Below, one piece after another: positions 1 to 7,003 of a stretch of DNA of 20,883 bases (positions within the stretch are counted from its first letter, which is position 1; each line of letters starts with the position of its first letter). Source of the DNA: Candidatus Iainarchaeum sp. (GTDB taxonomy: Archaea; Iainarchaeota; Iainarchaeia; Iainarchaeales; UBA10191); contig JAUSFL010000048.1 of assembly GCA_030649735.1 (NCBI GenBank), forward strand, positions 1 to 20,883, written 5' to 3'. A program made the translations under genes and the position numbers. The notes under the pieces were generated by a model. That model was given only the letters and a program-made list of their open reading frames with translations. It was not told where the DNA came from and ran no database searches.

Positions 1-681
1 GGAAAAACACTTTTGGCCAAAGCAATCGCAAATGAAAGCGAGGCAAACTTCATCAGCATCAAAGGCCCAGAGCTTTTGAGCAAGTTTGTCGGAGAAAGCG
101 AAAAAGGAGTTCGAAAAATTTTCAGGAAAGCAAGGCAAGTAAGCCCAGTGGTAGTGTTTTTTGACGAAATTGACTCATTAGCCACAATAAGAAATGGGTC
201 TGAATTTGATTCCGGAGTTGGGGACAGGGTCGCAAACCAATTGCTCACAGAGCTTGACGGAGTTGAAAGCCTTAATGGAGTGATATTCATTGCGGCAACA
301 AACAGGCCAGACCTCATAGACCCTGCATTGCTAAGGCCTGGAAGAATTGACAAAATAATAATTGTCGGAGGTCCAGACGAGAAAGCGCGCGAAGAAATCT
401 TCAAAGTTCACTTGAAAGGAGTTCCATTGGCAAAGAATTTCAACCTTAAAGAAATCCTGCAAAAAACAAAAGGATACACTGGAGCAGACATTCAAGGCCT
501 TGTGAGAGAAGCAGTTTTAATGACATTAAAGGAAAGCAAAATGAAGCCAGCCGATGTGCAAAACAAGCACTTCGAGCAAGCAATGGAAAAAATCCTGCCT
601 TCCCTGACTGAAGAAACAGAAGACAATTACGCGCAATTCCGCAAGAAAATGACTGAAGTAAAATTAAGCTATGTCGGCTGA
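1..681 (+). CDS. cdc48: Cdc48/VCP family AAA+ ATPase, C-terminal (D2) part; 5' end outside window
   Basis: Frame is open from base 1 (GKTLLAKAIANESEANFISIKGPELLSK, end of Walker A). Walker B VVFFDEIDS, sensor AATNRPD, arginine finger ALLRPGR, GYTGADI. Confidence 0.95.
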   Translation, partial: GKTLLAKAIANESEANFISIKGPELLSKFVGESEKGVRKIFRKARQVSPVVVFFDEIDSLATIRNGSEFDSGVGDRVANQLLTELDGVESLNGVIFIAATNRPDLIDPALLRPGRIDKIIIVGGPDEKAREEIFKVHLKGVPLAKNFNLKEILQKTKGYTGADIQGLVREAVLMTLKESKMKPADVQNKHFEQAMEKILPSLTEETEDNYAQFRKKMTEVKLSYVG

Positions 682-688
682 TTAATAG

Positions 689-1264
689 TTACAAAATCCC
701 AGTATAAAAAACCAGTCCGACTAGTGGAACAAAGCTTATTGCCCAAACCAATGGATTCCACATGAAAACCTTGCTTCCATCAAGCGGGGGAATTGGAATC
801 AAATTGAACAATGCAAGCCACAAATTGATTTGAAAGCCAATCTGGCCAACCTGCCACAAAAACTCTCCGCTGGATGCAGTGAAAAGCAAGAAAGCAAAGA
901 TCCCAGCCAATATCACATTAGTCAAGGGCCCTGCAATGCTGATAATTCCGTTCTTTTTCCTGTCAATGTGGTCTCCTTGAATGTAAACAGCGCCTGGAGC
1001 CGCAAAAATAAAACCAAGCAATGCAGTCAATAGCACAAAAAGCAAGCCGTAAGGCCATGCCTTGTAATACGCGTGGGCCTTGAATTTTTTGGCGACAAAA
1101 CGATGCGCCAATTCATGCAATACAAAGCCAGAGCCGACTGCAATTCCGACAATCGGAAGCTTTGCAAGCATTGTGGAATACTGGAAGCTGGAAAAAACCC
1201 AGCTGAAGGCAAGACTTATTGTAAGCCAGCTCAAGAATAAGTCAAACATTTCCTGCTTTCTCAT
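689..1264 (-). CDS. Site-2 protease, M50 family intramembrane zinc metalloprotease
   Basis: HELAH (HExxH), FAAPGAV, AGPLTN and FNLIPIPPLDG motifs; several hydrophobic segments. Confidence 0.92.
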   Translation of the reverse strand: MRKQEMFDLFLSWLTISLAFSWVFSSFQYSTMLAKLPIVGIAVGSGFVLHELAHRFVAKKFKAHAYYKAWPYGLLFVLLTALLGFIFAAPGAVYIQGDHIDRKKNGIISIAGPLTNVILAGIFAFLLFTASSGEFLWQVGQIGFQINLWLALFNLIPIPPLDGSKVFMWNPLVWAISFVPLVGLVFYTGIL

Positions 1265-1328
1265 ACTAATAGAACATTAAAAACAAGTCATAAAAAAGCC
1301 TTCGGCGAAAAACGAAAACAAAAGCAGG

Positions 1329-1335
1329 TTTTAAA
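1329..1335 (+). promoter_or_regulatory. Putative archaeal TATA box (TTTTAAA) for the + strand pilin-like operon
   Basis: Starts 29 nt before ATG 1358; spacing fits a leaderless transcript. Confidence 0.45.
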
Positions 1336-1357
1336 GCATTGGCGAAAGATCTTTGCT

Positions 1358-1537
1358 ATGGGACTTGAAAAAGAAAGCAAAGCGCAGGTTTCAATCGAAT
1401 TAATCATTGTCCTGGCTGCAGTGGTTGCAATAGTTTTAGTGCTTGTGAGCCAATTGCAAAAGACTTCAGCCTCTGGCGCCAAGAAAATTGACGAAAAAAC
1501 AAAGGACATTTTCGCAAAGATTGACGAGATAGATTGA
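1358..1537 (+). CDS. Small (59 aa) class III signal peptide / pilin-like protein (DUF361-type); absent from the ORF track
   Basis: Manual translation MGLEKESKA|QVSIELIIVLAAVVAIVLVLVSQLQKTSASGAKKIDEKTKDIFAKIDEID*. KA-Q-x-S-x-E followed by a hydrophobic helix. Its TGA abuts the next ATG (TGAATG). Confidence 0.88.
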   Translation: MGLEKESKAQVSIELIIVLAAVVAIVLVLVSQLQKTSASGAKKIDEKTKDIFAKIDEID

Positions 1538-1957
1538 ATGCAGGCAGCTGGGAAAGCCCAAGTCAGCTTGGAGTACTTGCTCTTGCTTGCAGTGCTTTTC
1601 GGAAGCTTTGCAATGATTGCGCCAAAAATCCTTGAATCCTACAATGCAATGGTTTTCGCAAGCGATGCTCAAAACGCAAAGGCTTTTTGCGAAAAGCTCT
1701 CTTCAACAATTGAAAAAACAGGCTTTTTTGAAAACGCAAGCTCTGAAAGAATCAAGGCATTTCCCGAATTGAAGTGGATTCTTCTGGCTTCGGGAAGTGA
1801 AGTCAAAATAAGGGTTGAAAGCAAGACGCTGGAAAAAATCAAGGAAGTTAAATGCAACAGCAAAGTTGAAGTTGCAGAGTTCGAACAAAGCTTTACAAAA
1901 GCATTTTCATTAAGAGTGCAAAAGGCAGGCGGGAAAGTTTCAATAGTAAACAACTAG
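1538..1957 (+). CDS. Class III signal peptide (type IV pilin-like) protein
   Basis: N-terminus GKA|QVSLEYLLLLAVLFGSFAMIA, then a soluble beta-rich-looking domain with two Cys. Confidence 0.85.
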   Translation: MQAAGKAQVSLEYLLLLAVLFGSFAMIAPKILESYNAMVFASDAQNAKAFCEKLSSTIEKTGFFENASSERIKAFPELKWILLASGSEVKIRVESKTLEKIKEVKCNSKVEVAEFEQSFTKAFSLRVQKAGGKVSIVNN

Positions 1958-2308
1958 TTCAATTTCCTGCAAATTCAAGAATGAGTCAAAAATTCCCGCC
2001 TTGGCTGTAATGAAAGCGCCAGTTGCCTTGCAAGAGTTTAATGGAATCTTGTTCTGCTTTAGCACAACGCAGTTTTCGGGAAAAACAAAAGCCAAGTCTG
2101 AAAGCAATTCTTCAGTTGAAAAATCGTGCTTTAAGGCCCAGACTTTCAAAAGATCGTTCGATTTTTGGAGCAAGTAAAGCTCTTTCAGGCCTTGCGCTTG
2201 AGAATTGCTTGCAGGAATTGCAGAAAGCAGCAAGAAAAAGGCAAAAAGCGAGGTTAATGCCTCAAAAGAAATCGCAAAGCCGCGTGATGCTTTAATTTTC
2301 ACAGGCAA
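1940..2308 (-). CDS. Pilin-like protein with class III-like signal peptide (start may be GTG at 2302)
   Basis: SRG|FAISFEALTSLFAFFLLL; Cys pair; overlaps the upstream gene end; GGAGTGA SD-like motif precedes the GTG. Confidence 0.7.
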   Translation of the reverse strand: MPVKIKASRGFAISFEALTSLFAFFLLLSAIPASNSQAQGLKELYLLQKSNDLLKVWALKHDFSTEELLSDLAFVFPENCVVLKQNKIPLNSCKATGAFITAKAGIFDSFLNLQEIELVVYY

Positions 2309-2759
2309 TCACTCCAACAATTGCCTTCTCTGAAGTTTCCTGCAAAACCACGAAACGTTTTACTGAAACGCAGTTTCCGGAAGGCAAAGGATTTGAGAGA
2401 ATTATTTCCGGCCTTTGATTTTTTCTTTGCAGGGAAATCTCGAAAACTTCAACATTGCCGAATTTTGCCGGCTTTGCGGAATTTAACAAAGAAGAATCAA
2501 CGAGGTTTGAAATCACAGTGCGCTTTTCAGAATCAAAGAAAGCGCTTCCAGCCAAAGGCTGTTCTGCATTACGGTTTTTCACAAGCGCATCAGCAAGCAT
2601 TATGGTTTTTTCCTCAAGGAAAAATTGCTTGGAGTTTTGAGAGCTTCCAAAAAGCATTAAGGCTTCGCTGCGCAATGCCGCTGCAAGAATCAAGACGCAA
2701 ACTAGGAATGCAAAAAAAAGCTCTATTGAAAAAACGCTTCCTTTACTGGTAATGCGCAA
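2292..2759 (-). CDS. Pilin-like protein with class III-like signal peptide
   Basis: TTG at 2759 with GGAGGT upstream gives MRITSKG|SVFSIELFFAFLVCVLILAAAL. C-terminal CVSVKRFV. The ORF-track start (2786) is probably over-extended. Confidence 0.72.
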   Translation of the reverse strand: MRITSKGSVFSIELFFAFLVCVLILAAALRSEALMLFGSSQNSKQFFLEEKTIMLADALVKNRNAEQPLAGSAFFDSEKRTVISNLVDSSLLNSAKPAKFGNVEVFEISLQRKNQRPEIILSNPLPSGNCVSVKRFVVLQETSEKAIVGVIACEN

Positions 2760-3096
2760 AGCCTTCAACCTCCAGGAAAAAATCATTGCCGAACGAAGAA
2801 ATTCTCGCGCGCGGGATTATTTGGATTGAAGCAACACGTCCGCCGGACTTGGAGGCAATGCTGTTGTTGGAGTCTGAAAAGCAAGAAAGCTTTTGCGGAA
2901 GGGAAAACGCGCTGTTTGAGGATAAGGAATCAATCGCCAAGGCGCAATTCAACGAATTGGATTTTGCGGCAAGAAAGTCCAAAGAGTTTTCAGACCTTGA
3001 ATTAAAGCTTGAGAGAGTTGCGGCAAAAAACGCGATTATTGAAATCAATGCCGAAAAAACAAGCAAGAATTCCAAGGAAGCCTGGGCGTTGCTCAA
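2743..3096 (-). CDS. Class III signal peptide (pilin-like) protein
   Basis: MSNA|QASLEFLLVFSALISIIAFFA; Cys pair; 4-nt overlap with the upstream gene. Confidence 0.8.
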   Translation of the reverse strand: MSNAQASLEFLLVFSALISIIAFFAATLSSFNSRSENSLDFLAAKSNSLNCALAIDSLSSNSAFSLPQKLSCFSDSNNSIASKSGGRVASIQIIPRARISSFGNDFFLEVEGFAHYQ

Positions 3097-3641
3097 GAAA
3101 CCACTGCCTTTTTGATTGAGTAATTGAACGGAATAATGAAATACACTGAATCTGCAGGGCTTATTTTTGCAAAAACAAGCCTTTTTCCAGAAAGCCCGCC
3201 AGTGAAAGAAACCTCAACCAAAGTCAATTCTTTCAATTTGACAACATTTGCCTTGAACTCGTCACTGAATTGCAAAAAAGGAATCGCAAACTGGCTTGAA
3301 AGCTTGGAATATCCGGGAAGGTAAAATTCAGTGCTGTAAAAAGAAAATCCTTCAAGCCTTAACTGCTGGAAATATCCTGAAAGGCCGGAGTTAATTGCTG
3401 AAGTGATTTGCATTGGAGAGTCTTGCTTGAGGAAAACCTGTCTTTCAATTGTTTTCTCAATCAAAAACCCGGTGTTGCTTTCTGCAACAGAGCGCTTTGC
3501 GCTTGCAATTTCCAATGCAATTGCAGAATTCAACGCAGAGTCAAAATTCTTTTGAAACTTCAAGTTTTGCGAATTGAAGGAAAGCAGGAAAAAAGCAAAG
3601 GCCAAAACAAGCACAAAAGTGAAGAAAGCCTTGGAGTTCAT
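3093..3641 (-). CDS. Membrane-anchored protein with class III-like signal peptide; first gene of the minus-strand pilin-like operon
   Basis: MNSKA|FFTFVLVLAFAFFLL. TATA-like TTTATAT about 25-31 nt upstream (3666-3672, minus strand). Confidence 0.68.
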   Translation of the reverse strand: MNSKAFFTFVLVLAFAFFLLSFNSQNLKFQKNFDSALNSAIALEIASAKRSVAESNTGFLIEKTIERQVFLKQDSPMQITSAINSGLSGYFQQLRLEGFSFYSTEFYLPGYSKLSSQFAIPFLQFSDEFKANVVKLKELTLVEVSFTGGLSGKRLVFAKISPADSVYFIIPFNYSIKKAVVS

Positions 3642-3708
3642 TCTTGCCTTAGGCTTTGGAAAAAAATATAAAGAAAGGCAAAAGCTCGCTTTTCAACGAA
3701 TTAAGAAT

Positions 3709-4320
3709 TCAGCGAAACAAGGCAGTTTTACGCTTTGCAACCAATACTGCAAATGCCAAAAGCAAGGCGCCAATAATCACTGCCGCGATTGGATAATAGT
3801 CAAAAGCTGGCAATGCTGCCTGTGCGCCAGCCTTTGCCGCTGTTCCAGCGATTGTTTCTGAAGAAACACTAGAGTTTGAGGTCATTGTTTTCTGGAATCC
3901 ATCGGCAATTACTGGAGAATTTACGCCAATGGATGAAATATTCGGAGCGCTTGCCCCTGAAGCCAAAAACATTGAAGAGCCAATTCCCAAAATCGCCGAA
4001 GCAATTAATGCAAGGCCCAAAATTCCAATCAAAGAGCTTGAAAGAACAATCAAGACTTGCGAACTGTAAGGCTCGACAAGCTTTCTTCCCTTTTTTGAAA
4101 GATTGTAATACTTCCACTTGTGAGTGCTGTCAACCTGCTCAATCAGGCCGCCATCAAGCAAGACATCAATGTGCTGCTTAATGCTCGGCATTGCAAGCTT
4201 TAATTTTCCAGACAACTCTGTAAGATTGTAATTTCTTGAAGCCAAGAGCTTTATGATTTGAACCCTTGTTTCAGAGCTCAAAGTCTTAAAGTCTTTTGCT
4301 GAAAGAATCAAGTCAGACAT
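3709..4320 (-). CDS. ArsR-type winged-helix transcriptional regulator with two C-terminal transmembrane segments
   Basis: FKTLSSETRVQIIKLL...NLTELSGKLKLAMPSIKQHIDVLLDGGLIE...KYYNLSKKGRK, then TM (VLIVLSSSLIGILGLALIASAILGI), Ser/Ala-rich loop, TM (PIAAVIIGALLLAFAVLVA) and KRK tail. GAGGT SD upstream. Confidence 0.85.
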   Translation of the reverse strand: MSDLILSAKDFKTLSSETRVQIIKLLASRNYNLTELSGKLKLAMPSIKQHIDVLLDGGLIEQVDSTHKWKYYNLSKKGRKLVEPYSSQVLIVLSSSLIGILGLALIASAILGIGSSMFLASGASAPNISSIGVNSPVIADGFQKTMTSNSSVSSETIAGTAAKAGAQAALPAFDYYPIAAVIIGALLLAFAVLVAKRKTALFR

Positions 4321-4330
4321 TTAAAAAACC

Positions 4331-4636
4331 TCAAATGAAAAACAGGAAAACAAAAATTCCCAAGCCAACCAATGCAAAATCCCTGCTATAATAGGAAAGC
4401 AATGCCAAAACAAACGGAATTAACAACAGCCAAGAATGCTGCGCTCCTGCAACTAAAGCGCCAAACAACGCGCCAATCCCAAAAATCAAAAACAATGCGG
4501 GCACAAAACGAGTCAAAGTCTTGCTTAGGGCTTTCTGGACTTGACCAAACCAGTCATCACTTACATTATTTATGGCTTTCTGGACTTGACCAAACAAATC
4601 ATCACTTGCCCGCTTTGGCTTTTTATCGTCTCCCAT
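4331..4636 (-). CDS. Small membrane protein (about 101 aa) with an N-terminal 15-aa tandem duplication
   Basis: ATG at 4636 (MGDDKK) has an AT-rich TATA-like element about 30 nt upstream. Hydrophobic C-terminal half. Its stop overlaps the SD of the ArsR gene. Confidence 0.7.
   Translation of the reverse strand: MGDDKKPKRASDDLFGQVQKAINNVSDDWFGQVQKALSKTLTRFVPALFLIFGIGALFGALVAGAQHSWLLLIPFVLALLSYYSRDFALVGLGIFVFLFFI
4529..4607. repeat. Intragenic direct repeat: 2 x 34 bp, period 45 bp
   Basis: GGCTTTCTGGACTTGACCAAACCAGTCATCACTT (4529-4562) versus GGCTTTCTGGACTTGACCAAACAAATCATCACTT (4574-4607); 32/34 identical. Confidence 0.9.
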
Positions 4637-4696
4637 AATTAAGAGTCGTGAAAAAGTGCTTTTTAATGTTTTGCAAAAGCAGAGCAAAAACCCTAA

Positions 4697-5533
4697 CTAA
4701 AGCCTTGCAAAAGAGCTTTTCAAAAGCAACGCGTCTGCCTCAATGCTCGGGCTTTCGCAAATCACTGTTCCTGAAACATTGAATTCTTTCAAGGCATTCA
4801 AGAAAAACAAGTGGTTGAAGTCGTTTGCCTTGTCCTGCAAGTTCAAGTGATTTCTTTCCCCTTTGGCAGAATACTTAATGCCGGAAACATGCATGTGCAA
4901 TGCCTTAAGCAATTGCCCGTCTGTTTTTTCAATCTTTTCCAAAACAGCATCAAAGTCTTTCTGTGCTTTCAAGCAGCCGTTAGATCGAGCGTGCAAGTGC
5001 GCGAAATCAACAGTCAATAATGATTTTGGAGCCTGAGAATGCAATTCCAAAAGCTCGTCAAGGCTTCCAAACTGCGAAGGCTTGCCTGTTGTTTCAGGGC
5101 TTAAAGCAACAGAAATTTTTTCGTCTTTTATTGTTTCAAGCAAGCCTTCAATGGCTGATTTGATATTCTTGAAAACATTGCTTGGAGAATCCTTCAAGTA
5201 AAAGCCAGGATGAAACACAATGCTTTTCGCTCCGCACAATGCGCCAATCCTGCAGGATTGGAGAATGTTGTGCCTGCTTAACCCAAGCTTTTGCTTGTCT
5301 GCAGAATTAAGGTTAATGTAATATGGGGCATGCACTGACAGGGAAATTCCAGTTTTTTCCCGCGCTTTCCTGACTTGGGCCGCTGTTTCCTGCGACATTT
5401 TCACTCCGTAAACAAACTCCAGCTCCATTGCATCCAAACCAAGCTCTTTAACGCGCTCAATTCCGGCAATTGAAGAGTGTTCCTTTGAAGAATGCGGAGT
5501 TCCAGCGGTCCCGAAAAGAAGATTTTGCACCAT
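4697..5533 (-). CDS. nfo: Endonuclease IV (AP endonuclease family 2, TIM barrel)
   Basis: HAPYYINLNS, FHPG, ETTGKxxQFG, DFAHLHAR, HMHVSGI, GERNH and ICESP motifs of the archaeal EndoIV type. Confidence 0.9.
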   Translation of the reverse strand: MVQNLLFGTAGTPHSSKEHSSIAGIERVKELGLDAMELEFVYGVKMSQETAAQVRKAREKTGISLSVHAPYYINLNSADKQKLGLSRHNILQSCRIGALCGAKSIVFHPGFYLKDSPSNVFKNIKSAIEGLLETIKDEKISVALSPETTGKPSQFGSLDELLELHSQAPKSLLTVDFAHLHARSNGCLKAQKDFDAVLEKIEKTDGQLLKALHMHVSGIKYSAKGERNHLNLQDKANDFNHLFFLNALKEFNVSGTVICESPSIEADALLLKSSFARL

Positions 5534-5610
5534 AAAAAAACACTTTTGGCGTAATTAAATGTTCTGGCGCAGACAGGAAAATTAAAGAATTCCAAACCGC
5601 TAATTTTAGC

Positions 5611-6201
5611 ATGCCTTTGCCAAAAACACTGGTTGCTTTTAAAAAAATTAGGCAAAGGGCAATAAACTCTCCAACAATAAGGCATTTGAATGCCCAGCAA
5701 GCAAGGCTTTCTGAAAAAAACCAAGTTCTTGAAAGGCTGATTGCCGGGGAAAAAACAAGGCTGAAAGTGCCAGAGCAAAGGTTTGTCCAAAATGAAGGCA
5801 TTGGAGGAAAGCAAGGCAATTTAGAGTTCATGGAAATATCGAGAAAAACCGTGAACAAGACACTGGCCGACAATGGCTTTGAAGCCGCAAGCGAAAGCAT
5901 TCAAAAAATAATTGGAAACAGCAAGCGCGCAATCTATCTGGTTTCAAGGTATATTCCAGAAGCAGAGCAAGGCAAGGGAATTGGAACAATGCTGATTCAA
6001 AGGGCAAGGCGCATTTTTGAGAAAAGAAAGATTGACTTGATTTATGGAAAAACAAGAAACCCAAATGCGGTGAAAAGCTATGAGGCTGCAGGCTGGATTA
6101 GGCTTGGCAGGGATGAAACCGGGCACGAATACTACGGATTGTTTGCCAAAAACCGCCTGGATTATTTAAAGGAAAAGGGCAGAAGCAAAAGAAAAGGTTA
6201 A
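5611..6201 (+). CDS. GNAT family N-acetyltransferase with a long basic N-terminal extension
   Basis: Motif A (YIPEAEQGKGIGTMLI) and motif B (NPNAVKSYEAAGW). N-terminus MPLPKTLVAFKKIRQR. Confidence 0.8.
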   Translation: MPLPKTLVAFKKIRQRAINSPTIRHLNAQQARLSEKNQVLERLIAGEKTRLKVPEQRFVQNEGIGGKQGNLEFMEISRKTVNKTLADNGFEAASESIQKIIGNSKRAIYLVSRYIPEAEQGKGIGTMLIQRARRIFEKRKIDLIYGKTRNPNAVKSYEAAGWIRLGRDETGHEYYGLFAKNRLDYLKEKGRSKRKG

Positions 6202-6268
6202 AAAATTCCTTTGTTGTAATATTTTGGAGCAAAAGTTTTAGATTTGCGCACAGAATGGGGTTGATTGC

Positions 6269-6595
6269 ATGAAAGCATTTTTTGAATTGAAAGAGGTTAG
6301 GCAAAGCTGGTCTAACCCGAACGAGCCTAAAAGAATAACTGCAAAAGAAGTAGTCGCTGAAGAAGGCGAACAATTCGACACTACTGAAAAAGACGAGCCA
6401 ATGTTCCACTTTTTGCAAACCAAAGGCGAAAAGGCATTAATAGAATACAACCGGGCTTATACATTAAAAGGCTATGAGCAGCCTTTAAGCAGGACAATCT
6501 GGATAGAAACGCACCAAACCATTGAATTCAGCAGCCTGTGGAATTCCAACGGATTGACAAAAAAGCTCACTTTGAAAAAATTGAGTGAAGAGTAA
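6269..6595 (+). CDS. Hypothetical protein (108 aa)
   Basis: ATG-started ORF that fills the gap and ends 5 nt before pth2; TATA-like element about 30 nt upstream; no recognised motif. Confidence 0.65.
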   Translation: MKAFFELKEVRQSWSNPNEPKRITAKEVVAEEGEQFDTTEKDEPMFHFLQTKGEKALIEYNRAYTLKGYEQPLSRTIWIETHQTIEFSSLWNSNGLTKKLTLKKLSEE

Positions 6596-6600
6596 AAATT

Positions 6601-6951
6601 ATGGTCCTAAAGCAAGTCATCATTGTAAGGCAAGACTTGAAAATGGGAAAAGGCAAGGCCTGCTCTCAAGCGGCGCACGCCTCAATTGAAGCCTTTCTTA
6701 AAACCCAAAGCAAAAGCCGGGAAACTGCTGAAGAATGGCATTCTCAAGGAATGCCAAAAATTGTGGTAAAAGCCAATTCTGAAAAAGAAATTATTGAAAT
6801 TTTCGAAAAGGCAAAACGGACAATCCCGGCAGCGCTGATTAGGGATGCCGGAAGGACCCAAATAGAGCCAGGCAGCATTACAGCCTTGGGATTAGGGCCT
6901 TGGAAAGAAGAAGAACTGGACAAAATTACCGGCAAGCTAAAGCTCTTGTAA
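6601..6951 (+). CDS. pth2: Peptidyl-tRNA hydrolase Pth2
   Basis: KQVIIVRQDLKMGKGK...QAAHA, KIVVK, DAGRTQIEPGSITALGLGP, ITGKLKLL. Confidence 0.96.
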   Translation: MVLKQVIIVRQDLKMGKGKACSQAAHASIEAFLKTQSKSRETAEEWHSQGMPKIVVKANSEKEIIEIFEKAKRTIPAALIRDAGRTQIEPGSITALGLGPWKEEELDKITGKLKLL

Positions 6952-7003
6952 GGCAAAAGCAAGCGTAAAAACATTAATTAATCACTTTCTGCATTTTTAA
7001 AGC

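Noticed and set aside
1288-1509. 73-aa minus-strand ORF in the track
   Set aside because: Antisense to the 59-aa + strand pilin gene, which has a clear class III motif and is coupled to the next gene.
4529-4607. 34-bp repeat pair as a mini CRISPR array
   Set aside because: Only two copies, an 11-bp gap, in-frame inside a coding region, and no cas genes in the window.
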